From an uncultured Solirubrobacterales bacterium (GTDB lineage Bacteria > Actinomycetota > Thermoleophilia > Solirubrobacterales > Solirubrobacteraceae), in NCBI GenBank assembly GCA_963803475.1, contig CAWDMR010000009.1:3697-67696 (forward strand): DNA of 64,000 nucleotides. The letters are read 5' to 3'. Below the pieces are notes generated by a model. That model was not told the DNA's origin. It made no database searches and saw only the letters and a program-made list of their open reading frames with translations. Of this stretch, positions 55,333 to 64,000 are shown in pieces (the first letter of the stretch is position 1; each line of letters opens with the position of its first letter). The position numbers were made by a program, and so were the translations under genes.

Positions 55333-56510
55333 CGGGACACGCTCCCGATCATCTGGGCGGGTCGAACCTCAGCCGCGCCGGCGGCCGCGGCCGCCAACCG
55401 CCCGGCCTCGATCGCACTGGCCCAGGCGATCTCCGACAGGCAGCCTGGAGCGGCGACCATGTCGCCCGCGAGGAAGATGCCTCCACCGCGATCGATGGCC
55501 GGCCGATCCCGCCAGGATTTGCCTGGCGGATCCAGGGCGCCGGTGCGACCGTTCATCAGCTGTCGCCGGCGCCAGGTCTCACGCTCGCGCCAGCCCACGA
55601 AAGCCGCGTCCAGCAGGCGCTCGAGGCGGCTGGCGGCCGAATCAGAAGACTCGCCGGGCCGGATCGGCATCTGCGCCTGAATCAGCTCCTCGCCTTCGGG
55701 CGCCAGCGAGCTGTCGGCTGCCGTGTAGCGCTCCACCCAGCCGGTCTCCTGAAGATCGACGACCACGAACGGATCACCGCGGCGGTGGCGCAACGCCAGG
55801 TCCAGGCAGACCGCGTTACCGCTGGTCCAGCGCAGGGACTCGTCCGCCAGCAGGCGCCGGGCGTCGGCCAGCTCGGTGGCGATGATCACCGGCGGCTCGG
55901 GCACCTCCTGTACGCGCCGGAAGGTCGTGATCCGCACTCCGAGCGCGACGGCCTGGTGGCGCATACGCTCGACAATCGAGGTCCAGCCGCCGATCGGGTA
56001 GCGGGCGGCGGGCGGCGCGGACAGCAAACCGCGCACAAGCGGCTCCCACAGGAACGCGGCCGACAGCTGCCCCGGATCGTGGTGGTAGGTGAGGATGCCG
56101 GCGCTGCGCGCGAGCGCGTCGGCCGCGTCGGCACCGACGTGGCTCGTCGCCCAGGTCCGGAAGTCGAGCCCCACCGGCGCGGAGCGGCCGCGCAGCCGAA
56201 GCGCGGCGACGGCGGCTCCCACCGCCGGGACGCGCCTGATGTCGTCGCGCCAGCGAAACCGCACGCCGGACAGGGGAGGGCGAGCGTGTGGCGGCAGCAG
56301 GTCTCGTTCGCCGAGCCAGTGCCAGAAGGGGCTGTTCGACAGCAACGCGTGGGGGCCCAGGTTGGCCCGGTAGGGCCCGGCAGTGCTGCGGGCCCGGCCA
56401 CCCAGCTCGTCGTGTGCCTCGAGCAGCTGCACCGGCGCGCCTTGCTCGGCGCAGGAGATCGCGGCGGTGAGCCCGGCGAGACCGCCTCCGACGATCGTGA
56501 TCTCGTCCAT
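55329..56510 (-). CDS. FAD/NAD(P)-dependent oxidoreductase
   Basis: IVGGGLAGL.AA, EAHDELGGRA, NLGPHAL, FLAGD. Confidence 0.9.
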   Translation of the reverse strand: MDEITIVGGGLAGLTAAISCAEQGAPVQLLEAHDELGGRARSTAGPYRANLGPHALLSNSPFWHWLGERDLLPPHARPPLSGVRFRWRDDIRRVPAVGAAVAALRLRGRSAPVGLDFRTWATSHVGADAADALARSAGILTYHHDPGQLSAAFLWEPLVRGLLSAPPAARYPIGGWTSIVERMRHQAVALGVRITTFRRVQEVPEPPVIIATELADARRLLADESLRWTSGNAVCLDLALRHRRGDPFVVVDLQETGWVERYTAADSSLAPEGEELIQAQMPIRPGESSDSAASRLERLLDAAFVGWRERETWRRRQLMNGRTGALDPPGKSWRDRPAIDRGGGIFLAGDMVAAPGCLSEIAWASAIEAGRLAAAAAGAAEVRPAQMIGSVSR

Positions 56511-56594
56511 CTGGACGCCTCCGTGGGTGGGTTCCGTGTAAGGGGGTTGGGCGACGCGGCGGGGTGCCGACGCCGTCCGAACAAGCTACGGGCT

Positions 56595-56645
56595 AACTGG
56601 CTCGGTGTTAAGGTCCAGTCATGTCCGCTGATCGAGGGCCAGTTG
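56595..56645. promoter_or_regulatory. Candidate MocR operator (inverted plus direct motifs)
   Basis: aactggc ... gtccagt ... gccagtt between the divergent genes. Confidence 0.45.
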
Positions 56646-58018
56646 GCGGGCCCGGGCTGTTGCTGAGTCTCGACCGCGCCGCCGGCGGTCCATTGCACGA
56701 GCAGCTCCAGGTGGCGCTGCGCGAGCAGGTGCGCAGCGGGCGGCTGGCCCCCGGGGCGAAACTGCCGTCCTCGCGCGTGCTGGCGGCGGAGCTGGGCGTG
56801 TCGCGTGGCGTGGTGCTGGAGGCGTACGCGCAACTGACCGCCGAGGGCTACCTGAACAGCTCGCAGGGCGCTCCCACGCGTGTCGCCGCCACCGCCGGCG
56901 CGGAGCGGCCGCCGGTTCCTGCGCGCTCGCTGGAGCAGAGCCACAGCCTCAACCTCGATCCCGCCCTGCCTGACCTCACCGCCTTTCCCCGCGAGCGCTG
57001 GATGCGCTCGCTCCGGACGGCGCTGCGCGACGCTCCGTTCCACGCGTTGGGGCACGGCGATCCACGCGGCAGTGCCGAGCTGCGAAATGAGCTGATGGGA
57101 TATCTGGGCCGGGCACGCGGAGCCGCCCCCGAGCCCGAGCACACACTGATCTGCACCGGTTTCACGCAGGGGTTCGCGATGCTCTGCCGAGCGTTGCGGG
57201 CGCGCGGAGTCGAGCGGATCGCACTGGAGGATCCAGGCTGGTCGCACCATCGCCTGGTCGCCGAGCGCGCCGGATTGGAGCCGGTCCCGGTCGCGGTCGA
57301 CGAAGACGGGATCCACGTGAATGCGCTGGCCCGCTCCGAATGCGAGGTCGCGGTCCTCACGCCGGCTCACCAGTTCCCCACCGGAGTGGTCCTGAGCGCA
57401 GAACGCCGGGGCATGCTGCTGGAGTGGGCCGAGGACCGAGACGCGCTGATCGTCGAGGACGACTACGACTCCGAGCTTCGCTACGACCGCGTCCCGGTGG
57501 GCGCACTCCAGGGCCTGGCGCCGGAACGAGTGTGCCAGGTCGGTTCCTTCAGCCAGCGGCTCGCGCCCGGGCTGCGGCTGGGCTGGATCCTGTCCCCGTC
57601 CTGGTTGACCGGTGACTTGACCTACGAGCGGGGGGTAGCGGACCACGGCTGCCCCGCGCTCGAACAGCTCGCGCTGGCGGACTTCCTCGCGCGCGGCGAG
57701 CTTGACCGCCATCTCCGGCGGATGCGACTTCGCTACCGCCGGCGCCGACAGACACTGACCGGCGCCCTGCCCGGGCTGCGCGTCAGCGGGGTGGCCGGCG
57801 GTCTGTACGTGCTGGCGCTGCTCCCGGGGGGCGTCGATGAGCAGTCCGTGGTGGGCGGGGCGTCCGCGCGCGGGATGTCCGTGGAGGGGCTGGCCTGGCA
57901 CGCGATCAAGGGCAGCCCGCCGTCCGGATTGGTGCTCGGCTTCGCCAACCTGTCTGAGCCCGCGCTCATCCGGGCCGGTCGGCTGCTGACCGAGGTGGTC
58001 GAGGCTAATATGCCTTGA
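56621..58018 (+). CDS. MocR/GabR-type GntR regulator with aminotransferase-like domain
   Basis: LPSSR.LA.ELGVSR, TPAHQFPTG, EDDYDSE, GSFSQRLAPGLRLG. Confidence 0.94.
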   Translation: MSADRGPVGGPGLLLSLDRAAGGPLHEQLQVALREQVRSGRLAPGAKLPSSRVLAAELGVSRGVVLEAYAQLTAEGYLNSSQGAPTRVAATAGAERPPVPARSLEQSHSLNLDPALPDLTAFPRERWMRSLRTALRDAPFHALGHGDPRGSAELRNELMGYLGRARGAAPEPEHTLICTGFTQGFAMLCRALRARGVERIALEDPGWSHHRLVAERAGLEPVPVAVDEDGIHVNALARSECEVAVLTPAHQFPTGVVLSAERRGMLLEWAEDRDALIVEDDYDSELRYDRVPVGALQGLAPERVCQVGSFSQRLAPGLRLGWILSPSWLTGDLTYERGVADHGCPALEQLALADFLARGELDRHLRRMRLRYRRRRQTLTGALPGLRVSGVAGGLYVLALLPGGVDEQSVVGGASARGMSVEGLAWHAIKGSPPSGLVLGFANLSEPALIRAGRLLTEVVEANMP

Positions 58019-58046
58019 CAGACATATACCTTGATGGTTATATAGC
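58006..58046. promoter_or_regulatory. Promoter/operator of the ArsR-SRPBCC pair
   Basis: TTGACA at 58016-58021 and AT-rich dyad atatacc-ttgat-ggttatat just before the start. Confidence 0.6.
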
Positions 58047-58049
58047 GTG

Positions 58050-58424
58050 ATGCCGCCGATTGCCGCACTCGAGCCAGCCCGGCAACCGGCAGCGAGACCC
58101 TTGTCCACCTGGTCGGCGCTCGCCGATCCTCATCGCCGAGCCATCATCGGGCTGCTGCGTGAACGACCTCGATCGGTCGGAGAGCTGGTAAAGCTCGTCG
58201 GGCTGACGCAGCCCGGGACGTCGAAGCACCTGCGCGTCCTGCGCGATGCGGGGCTGGTGAGCGCCGCCGCCGAAGCGCAGCGCCGCGTCTATGAGCTGAA
58301 CGCCGGACCGCTGGCGGAGCTCGACGCCTGGCTCGAGCCCTACCGGAAGCTGTGGGAGCACCGCCTGGACGCGCTCGAGCGGCACCTGCATCGCAAATCG
58401 CGCCCCATCACACAGGAGGACTGA
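58050..58424 (+). CDS. ArsR family transcriptional regulator
   Basis: ALADPHRRAII.LL, TQPGTSKHLRVLRDAGLV. Confidence 0.93.
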   Translation: MPPIAALEPARQPAARPLSTWSALADPHRRAIIGLLRERPRSVGELVKLVGLTQPGTSKHLRVLRDAGLVSAAAEAQRRVYELNAGPLAELDAWLEPYRKLWEHRLDALERHLHRKSRPITQED

Positions 58425-58427
58425 CTC

Positions 58428-58952
58428 ATGCACGCCAGCTATGCCACCGTCGAGCAACGACCCACACTGCAGTTCGAGCGCCGTCTGGCCCACCCGGTGC
58501 AGGCGGTGTGGGCGGCGCTGACGGAGCCCGCCGAGCTCGCCGAATGGTTCCCCTGCCAAGTCGAGGTCGACCTGCGCATCGGGGGCAGCATGACGTTCCG
58601 GTTCAGCCAATCGCCGCCGGCGGACCCGCCCTTGACGCTGGTGGGCGAGGTCACCGAGCTGGATCCGCCCCGAACGTTCTCGTTCCTGTGGGGAGAGGAT
58701 CATCTCCACTTCAGGCTGGAGCCGGTGGACGACGGCGCCGGCTGTCTGCTGCATTTCACGGTCGAGCTCGATTCCCACAACAAGGCGGCCCGCGACGCGG
58801 CCGGCTGGCATGTGTGCCTGGACGCGCTCGAGCGAACGCTCGGGGGCGACGCCGTCGAGAGACCCTTCGACCCGCACGGATGGCGCCAGCGCTACGACGA
58901 GTATCAGGAGCGCGGCTTCCCGGCTGGGGCCGCGATCCCCGGCCAGGAGTAA
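58428..58952 (+). CDS. SRPBCC/AHSA1 domain protein
   Basis: FERRLAHPV..VWAALTEP..L..WFP, AAGWHVCLDAL. Confidence 0.9.
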   Translation: MHASYATVEQRPTLQFERRLAHPVQAVWAALTEPAELAEWFPCQVEVDLRIGGSMTFRFSQSPPADPPLTLVGEVTELDPPRTFSFLWGEDHLHFRLEPVDDGAGCLLHFTVELDSHNKAARDAAGWHVCLDALERTLGGDAVERPFDPHGWRQRYDEYQERGFPAGAAIPGQE

Positions 58953-59016
58953 TCCGTCGACCGGGCCGAGGGCGGCGTCCGGGCAAACCCCGGTCCGCAT
59001 GTGAAAATCCCGCGTC

Positions 59017-59814
59017 ATGGACCTCGGGCTTCGCGATCGCGTGTGTGTCGTCACCGGGGCGTCGCGCGGGCTCGGCGCTGCCACCGCACGGGCCCTGGCG
59101 ACCGAGCAGGCCAGCCTGCTGCTGGTCGGACGCAGCCAGGACACGCTGGCAGCCACCGCGGGAGCCTGCCGCGAGTCCGGCGCGCGAGCCGAGACACTCG
59201 CGCTCGACGTGACTGCGCTCGATGCAGGGTCGCAGCTGCTCGAGGCGTGCCTGGCGCGGCTGGGACGGATCGACGCGCTGGTCAATAATGCGGGCACGAG
59301 CGCGCTGAAGACGCTCGAGCAGCTGACCGAGGAGGACTGGCAGCTGCAATGGGACCTGCACGTGATGGCGCCGATGCGGCTGATGCGGGCCGCGGCCCCG
59401 GCGATGGCAGAACACGGCTGGGGGAGGATCGTCAACGTGTGCTCCTCCTCCGGTAAACGGCCTTCGCAGACAAACATGGCCTACTCGGTGACCAAGGCTG
59501 CGCAGTTGTCGCTGTCGCGCGCGTTCGCCGATCTCTACGCCGGCGAAGGTGTGCTGGTGAATGCGGTGGCGCCGGGGCCGGTCGGCTCCGAGATGTGGCT
59601 GGCGCCGGGTGGGCTGGCCGATCAGGCCGCCCGCGCGCAGGGTAAGACGCGGGAGGAGGTGCTGCGGTCGACCGCCGCCCGGGTGCCGACCGGGCGCATG
59701 GGCGCGGCGTCGGAAATCGCGGCGGTGATCGCGTTCCTGTGCTCCGAGGCCGCCGCCTACGTGGCCGGCGCCGCGTGGTCGGTCGACGGCGGGACGGTAC
59801 AGATCATCATCTGA
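59017..59814 (+). CDS. SDR family oxidoreductase
   Basis: VTGASRGLG, VNNAG, YSVTK, VDGG. Confidence 0.94.
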   Translation: MDLGLRDRVCVVTGASRGLGAATARALATEQASLLLVGRSQDTLAATAGACRESGARAETLALDVTALDAGSQLLEACLARLGRIDALVNNAGTSALKTLEQLTEEDWQLQWDLHVMAPMRLMRAAAPAMAEHGWGRIVNVCSSSGKRPSQTNMAYSVTKAAQLSLSRAFADLYAGEGVLVNAVAPGPVGSEMWLAPGGLADQAARAQGKTREEVLRSTAARVPTGRMGAASEIAAVIAFLCSEAAAYVAGAAWSVDGGTVQIII

Positions 59815-59876
59815 ACCACGGTTCAAACCGGTTGCGCGCGAGCGTCTGGGGAGAGGTTCTGAAAGACTGCGGCCCG

Positions 59877-60320
59877 ATGACGACCAAGACCGAGGCCATC
59901 GGCAAGAGCTATGAGCCCGTGACCTACGCGGTGGGGCGCGAGAAGATCCGCGAGTACGCGTTCGCCGTGGGGGAGACGAACCCTCTGCATCACGACCTCG
60001 AGGCTGCGCGCGCCACCGGGTACGCGGATCTGGTGGCGCCGCCCATGTTCGCGGTGGTGTACGCCGGCCGCTCGGTGGCACCGGCGATCTTCGACCCGGA
60101 GGTCGGTCTGAACTTCGCGATGATGGTCCACGGCGGCCAGCGGTTCGAGTGGGGGCCGGTGGTGGTGGCCGGCGACGAGATCACGACCACGGCCAGCGTC
60201 AAGGACATCTCCGAGCGCGGGGGCATGACGTTCTACGTGTTCGAATCGATCTCGCAGAACCAGCGGAACGAGACCGTCTGCACCGCCACCTGGACCAACA
60301 TCGTCAGGGGAGCGTCGTGA
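59877..60320 (+). CDS. MaoC-like dehydratase, HadA-type subunit
   Basis: VGREKIREYAFAVGE.NP, APPMF, VHGGQRF. Confidence 0.88.
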   Translation: MTTKTEAIGKSYEPVTYAVGREKIREYAFAVGETNPLHHDLEAARATGYADLVAPPMFAVVYAGRSVAPAIFDPEVGLNFAMMVHGGQRFEWGPVVVAGDEITTTASVKDISERGGMTFYVFESISQNQRNETVCTATWTNIVRGAS

Positions 60321-60694
60321 AGCCCGGCGACACGATCGAGCTCAAAGTCACCCCCGACCCGTTCGTCACGGTCCGCTACGCCGGCGCTTCGGGCGACTTC
60401 AACCCGATCCACATCGACGACGCCGTCGCCCGGCAGGTGGGTCTGCCGGGGCGCATCCTGCATGGGCTGTGGACCATGGCGCAGGTCGCGCGGGCGCACA
60501 CCGAAGCCGGCGGCGGACCGGACAAGCTGAAGCAGCTCGACGTCCAGTTCCGCGGCATGGGACAGCTCGGCGAGGAGATCGTCGTGCGAGGGACCGTGCG
60601 TGAGGTCAATGGCGATCGCGCCGTCATCGACTCGGAGGCCGAGCAGGCCGGCCAGCGGATCATCCGCAACGCGGTGGCCGAGGTCGAGGTCTAG
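60317..60694 (+). CDS. MaoC family dehydratase, HadB-type subunit
   Basis: YAGASGDFNPIHID...ILHGLWTM hydratase motif. Confidence 0.9.
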   Translation: MKPGDTIELKVTPDPFVTVRYAGASGDFNPIHIDDAVARQVGLPGRILHGLWTMAQVARAHTEAGGGPDKLKQLDVQFRGMGQLGEEIVVRGTVREVNGDRAVIDSEAEQAGQRIIRNAVAEVEV

Positions 60695-60749
60695 CGCCGC
60701 CGGCGCTCGCCGGCCTGAGACCCCACAGCCTCGACCTACAATCAGACGG

Positions 60750-61760
60750 GTGCTGACCGAACGGCAAGAACTCGTGCTGCGCAAGGTGGTCGAGGGGTAT
60801 CTGGCGGCCGGCTCCCCCTTGGGCTCGAAGGCGCTGGCCGCGGACTTCAGGTGGGGGGCCTCGACGATCCGCCAAGAGCTGGCGAACCTGGAAGAGCTGG
60901 GCCTGCTCGCTCATCCGCACACATCCGCGGGACGGGTACCGACCGAGGCCGGCTACCGCTACTTCGTCGACTGGCTGCTGCCGGCCCAGGACACGGGGCC
61001 GCGGCTGACGCTGTCGCTAATGCAACACGAGCTGGACGAGGCGATGCGGACGACGAGTGAGACCCTCTCGCAGGTCACCAATCTGCTGGCGATCGTGACC
61101 GCACCGCCGATCGAGACCTCCACGATCCGCCATATCGAGCTGCTGGTCCTGCAGCCGCAGGTGCTGATGGTCGTGGTGATCGTCTCGACCGGAGGGGTCA
61201 CCAAGCGGCTGTTCACATTCCCGAGGCCGGTCGACCCGGGCCTGGCCGACTGGGCGGCCAGCTATTTCAACGAGCGTCTTGTGGGCTTCGGCCTCGGTGC
61301 GCGGATGCTCCATCAGAGGCTGCACGATCCGTCGCTGTCAAAGGGCGAGATGGACTTCATCGACGCACTGTCGCCGGTGTTCACCGAGCTCGAGGAGTCA
61401 GGCCACGACACGCTCTACGTGGAAGGCACGGCGCGGCTCCTGAGCACCGAGCAGGTGGTCGAGGTGTCGGAGCTGAACGCGCTGATGGAGATGCTCGAGC
61501 GCCGAGTGGCGCTGCTCGGCGTCCTGCGCTCGGCGCTGACCGAGCGGGATGTGCTGGTCCGGATCGGCACCGAAAACGATGCGCCGGCGCTGCGCTCGCT
61601 GGCGCTGGTCACCGCCAGCTATGGCCTGCCGCAGCGCAGCCTCGGCGCGGTGTCGGTGATCGGACCGCTGCGGATGGACTATGGCCGCGCGATTCGCTCG
61701 GTCCGTGAGGCGGCGCTGCAGCTGTCCAGCTATGTGGCCGAGGTGTACGACGAGCGATGA
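60750..61760 (+). CDS. hrcA: Heat-inducible transcription repressor
   Basis: [39 protein letters not shown]. Confidence 0.96.
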   Translation: MLTERQELVLRKVVEGYLAAGSPLGSKALAADFRWGASTIRQELANLEELGLLAHPHTSAGRVPTEAGYRYFVDWLLPAQDTGPRLTLSLMQHELDEAMRTTSETLSQVTNLLAIVTAPPIETSTIRHIELLVLQPQVLMVVVIVSTGGVTKRLFTFPRPVDPGLADWAASYFNERLVGFGLGARMLHQRLHDPSLSKGEMDFIDALSPVFTELEESGHDTLYVEGTARLLSTEQVVEVSELNALMEMLERRVALLGVLRSALTERDVLVRIGTENDAPALRSLALVTASYGLPQRSLGAVSVIGPLRMDYGRAIRSVREAALQLSSYVAEVYDER

Positions 61761-62890
61761 GCGCCACGCGCGACTACTACGAGGTTTTGGGCGTGTCTCG
61801 CGACGCCAGCGATGCCGAGATCAAGAAGTCGTTCCGCCGTCTGGCCCGCGAGCTCCACCCGGATGTGAACAGCCACGATCCCCGGGCGGAGGAGAAGTTC
61901 AAGGAGGCGGCCGAGGCCTACGAGGTCCTGTCCGACGCCGAGCGCCGCGCCACCTATGACCGGTACGGGCACGAGGGGCTCCGCAGCGGCGGGTACGCCC
62001 CGAACTTCGAGGGCTTCGGGTCGGTGGCGGACATCTTCGAGGCGTTCTTTGGAGGGAGCGCGTTCGGGAGCGCGTTCGGCGGGCGCCCCGGCGGTCCGAT
62101 GCAGGGCGGCGACATCGCCGTCGGTGCCCAGATCGATCTGGCCGAGGCGGCGCACGGGCGCTCGGTGGAGGTCTCGTTCGAGGCCATCGGGCTGTGCGAG
62201 CACTGTCACGGCAACGGCGCTGAGCCGGGCACGCCGATCGAGACCTGCCCCCGCTGCGAGGGGACCGGCCAGCTCCGCGCCGTGTCGCGCACGCCGTTCG
62301 GACAGGTGGTGCGCGCGGCGACGTGCAACGTGTGCCAGGGCGAGGGCCGGGTGCCGCGCGAGCCCTGCCAGGTCTGTGACGGACGGGGACGGCGCGTGGA
62401 GCGCGCCCAGCTGGCGGTCGACGTCCCGGCCGGGATCGCCGACGGACAGCGGATCAGGATCGCCGGCCGGGGACACGCCGGCGAGCGCGGTGGCCCTCCG
62501 GGCGATCTGTACGTACTGATCCGGGTGGCCGAGGACTCGCGGTTCGTCCGTGACGGGGATGACCTGATCACAGCGGTCGACGTGGCCGCCCCGTTGGCGG
62601 CGCTCGGCACCAGCGTCGAGGTCCCGACCGTGGACGAGCCCGTGGAGCTGGAGATCCCCGCCGGGACGCAGCCGCACGAGACGCTGGTCGTGCGCGGCCG
62701 CGGCATGCCGGCGTTGCGCGGGCGGCGGCGCGGAGATCTGCGGGTGGTCGTCAACGTGGTCGTGCCCCGGCACCTGAAGCGCGAGCAGCGGGAGCTGCTG
62801 GAGGAACTCGCTGACAGCCTCACCGACCACAACCTCGACACCGAGGAGGGCGTATTCGGCAAGCTCAAGCGGGCGTTCGGCGGACACTAG
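61757..62890 (+). CDS. dnaJ: Chaperone DnaJ
   Basis: DYYEVLG, HPD, four CxxCxGxG motifs. Confidence 0.97.
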   Translation: MSATRDYYEVLGVSRDASDAEIKKSFRRLARELHPDVNSHDPRAEEKFKEAAEAYEVLSDAERRATYDRYGHEGLRSGGYAPNFEGFGSVADIFEAFFGGSAFGSAFGGRPGGPMQGGDIAVGAQIDLAEAAHGRSVEVSFEAIGLCEHCHGNGAEPGTPIETCPRCEGTGQLRAVSRTPFGQVVRAATCNVCQGEGRVPREPCQVCDGRGRRVERAQLAVDVPAGIADGQRIRIAGRGHAGERGGPPGDLYVLIRVAEDSRFVRDGDDLITAVDVAAPLAALGTSVEVPTVDEPVELEIPAGTQPHETLVVRGRGMPALRGRRRGDLRVVVNVVVPRHLKREQRELLEELADSLTDHNLDTEEGVFGKLKRAFGGH

Positions 62891-62952
62891 GTGTGATTCC
62901 AAATGGGGAGGTGTAGCGCGTGGAATCAACCACCTGATCCGATCGGCCTTCG

Positions 62953-63771
62953 GTGCTGAGACTCGCTGTCCGCGTCCGGCGCCAGCACGCCGAGCTGGTG
63001 CTCGCCGAGCTGCTCGAGCTGGCGCCGAGCGGGGTCGAGGAGCTCGACGTGGGCGAGGACGTGATCGAGTACGCCGTGTACGGGGCGCCGGGTGAAATTC
63101 CGGCGCTGCCCGAGGTGCAAGCCGCCGCCGGCGGCGCGCTGGTCGAGGTTCGCACCACCGAGCTGGCGGACGACTGGGCGGAGCGCTGGCGCCAGTTTCA
63201 CCGCCGGCTGACGCTGGAGGACCGGCTCACTGTCCGCCCGCCCTGGGATCCGCCCTCCTCCTCGGCCATCGACGTGGTGATCGATCCCGGGCGGGCGTTC
63301 GGAACCGGCGCTCACGCGACCACCCGCCTGTGCCTGGAGCTGATGCTGTCGGTGCCGCGGCCAGCGGGCTCGTTCCTGGACCTGGGCTGCGGCTCTGGGG
63401 TGCTGGCGATCACCGCCGCCAAGCTGGGGTGGACTCCCATCCTGGCGCTCGACAACGATCCCGCGAGCGTCGAGGCCACGCGGGCGAACGCCCGCGCCAA
63501 CCGCGTCTCGCTCGAGGTGCGGCGCCACGACGTGCGCACCGATCCGGTACCGCCGGCAGACACGATCGCCGCGAACCTGCTGTCGGGACTGCTGATCGAT
63601 TGGGCCCGGAATTTGGTCCCGGTCCCGACCCGGCTGATCCTCAGCGGCGTGCTGCGGGACGAGGCCAACCGGGTGGCCGCCGCGTTCACGCCCAGGGGCC
63701 TGACCGAGGCCGCCCGTCGCCACCGCGGCGAGTGGGCGGCGTTGCTGCTGAGCGCTCAGGGGCGCGGGTAG
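62953..63771 (+). CDS. prmA: Ribosomal protein L11 methyltransferase
   Basis: IDPGRAFGTGAHATT, LDLGCGSGVL, ANL, LSG. Confidence 0.95.
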   Translation: MLRLAVRVRRQHAELVLAELLELAPSGVEELDVGEDVIEYAVYGAPGEIPALPEVQAAAGGALVEVRTTELADDWAERWRQFHRRLTLEDRLTVRPPWDPPSSSAIDVVIDPGRAFGTGAHATTRLCLELMLSVPRPAGSFLDLGCGSGVLAITAAKLGWTPILALDNDPASVEATRANARANRVSLEVRRHDVRTDPVPPADTIAANLLSGLLIDWARNLVPVPTRLILSGVLRDEANRVAAAFTPRGLTEAARRHRGEWAALLLSAQGRG

Positions 63772-63781
63772 CCTTGGCGCC

Positions 63782-64000
63782 ATGCCGCAACACGTCGTGA
63801 TCGCGGGAGGCGGCTTCGGCGGGTATGCCACCGCCAAGGCGCTTCAGCGAATGGCCCCGGCTGATGTCCGGGTGACGCTGGTCAACGACGTCAACTTCAT
63901 GCTGTACACGCCGCTGCTCCCGGGGGCTGCGGCCGGAGCGCTCGAACCGCGCCATGTGGTCATACCGCTGCGGGAGCGGCTGGGACGCACCGACCTGCGG
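63782..64000 (+). CDS. Type II NADH dehydrogenase-like FAD oxidoreductase, 3'-partial
   Basis: MPQHVVIAGGGFGG...LYTPLLPGAAAG.LEPRHVV. Confidence 0.85.
   Translation, partial: MPQHVVIAGGGFGGYATAKALQRMAPADVRVTLVNDVNFMLYTPLLPGAAAGALEPRHVVIPLRERLGRTDLR

Overview
High-GC Actinomycetota chromosomal segment. Gene style and order suggest Thermoleophilia/Solirubrobacterales (inference). Blocks of 1-bp indels split many essential genes and look like long-read assembly error. The window starts inside a group II intron (RT/maturase, D5/D6, 3' end ~1402). A housekeeping backbone follows: large NAD-GDH, tig-clpP-clpX, valS-folC, ndk-maf, mreBCD-mrdA-rodA, rne-rplU-rpmA, obgE, proBA-nadD-rsfS, ppaC, tRNA-Ala(GGC), leuS, holA, rpsT, murJ, lepA and hrcA-dnaJ-prmA. 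Accessory blocks of secreted proteins and regulators interrupt it. Most interesting signals: (1) intergenic palindromic elements with unrelated sequences but shared geometry (mostly ~41-45-bp long-loop hairpin units, paired at a 60-61-bp period in three places); (2) a 6S-RNA-like rod-shaped RNA between clpX and valS; (3) a pseudo-receiver LuxR regulator, an operator-like repeat array and an ~800-aa unknown secreted protein, inserted between rpmA and obgE.
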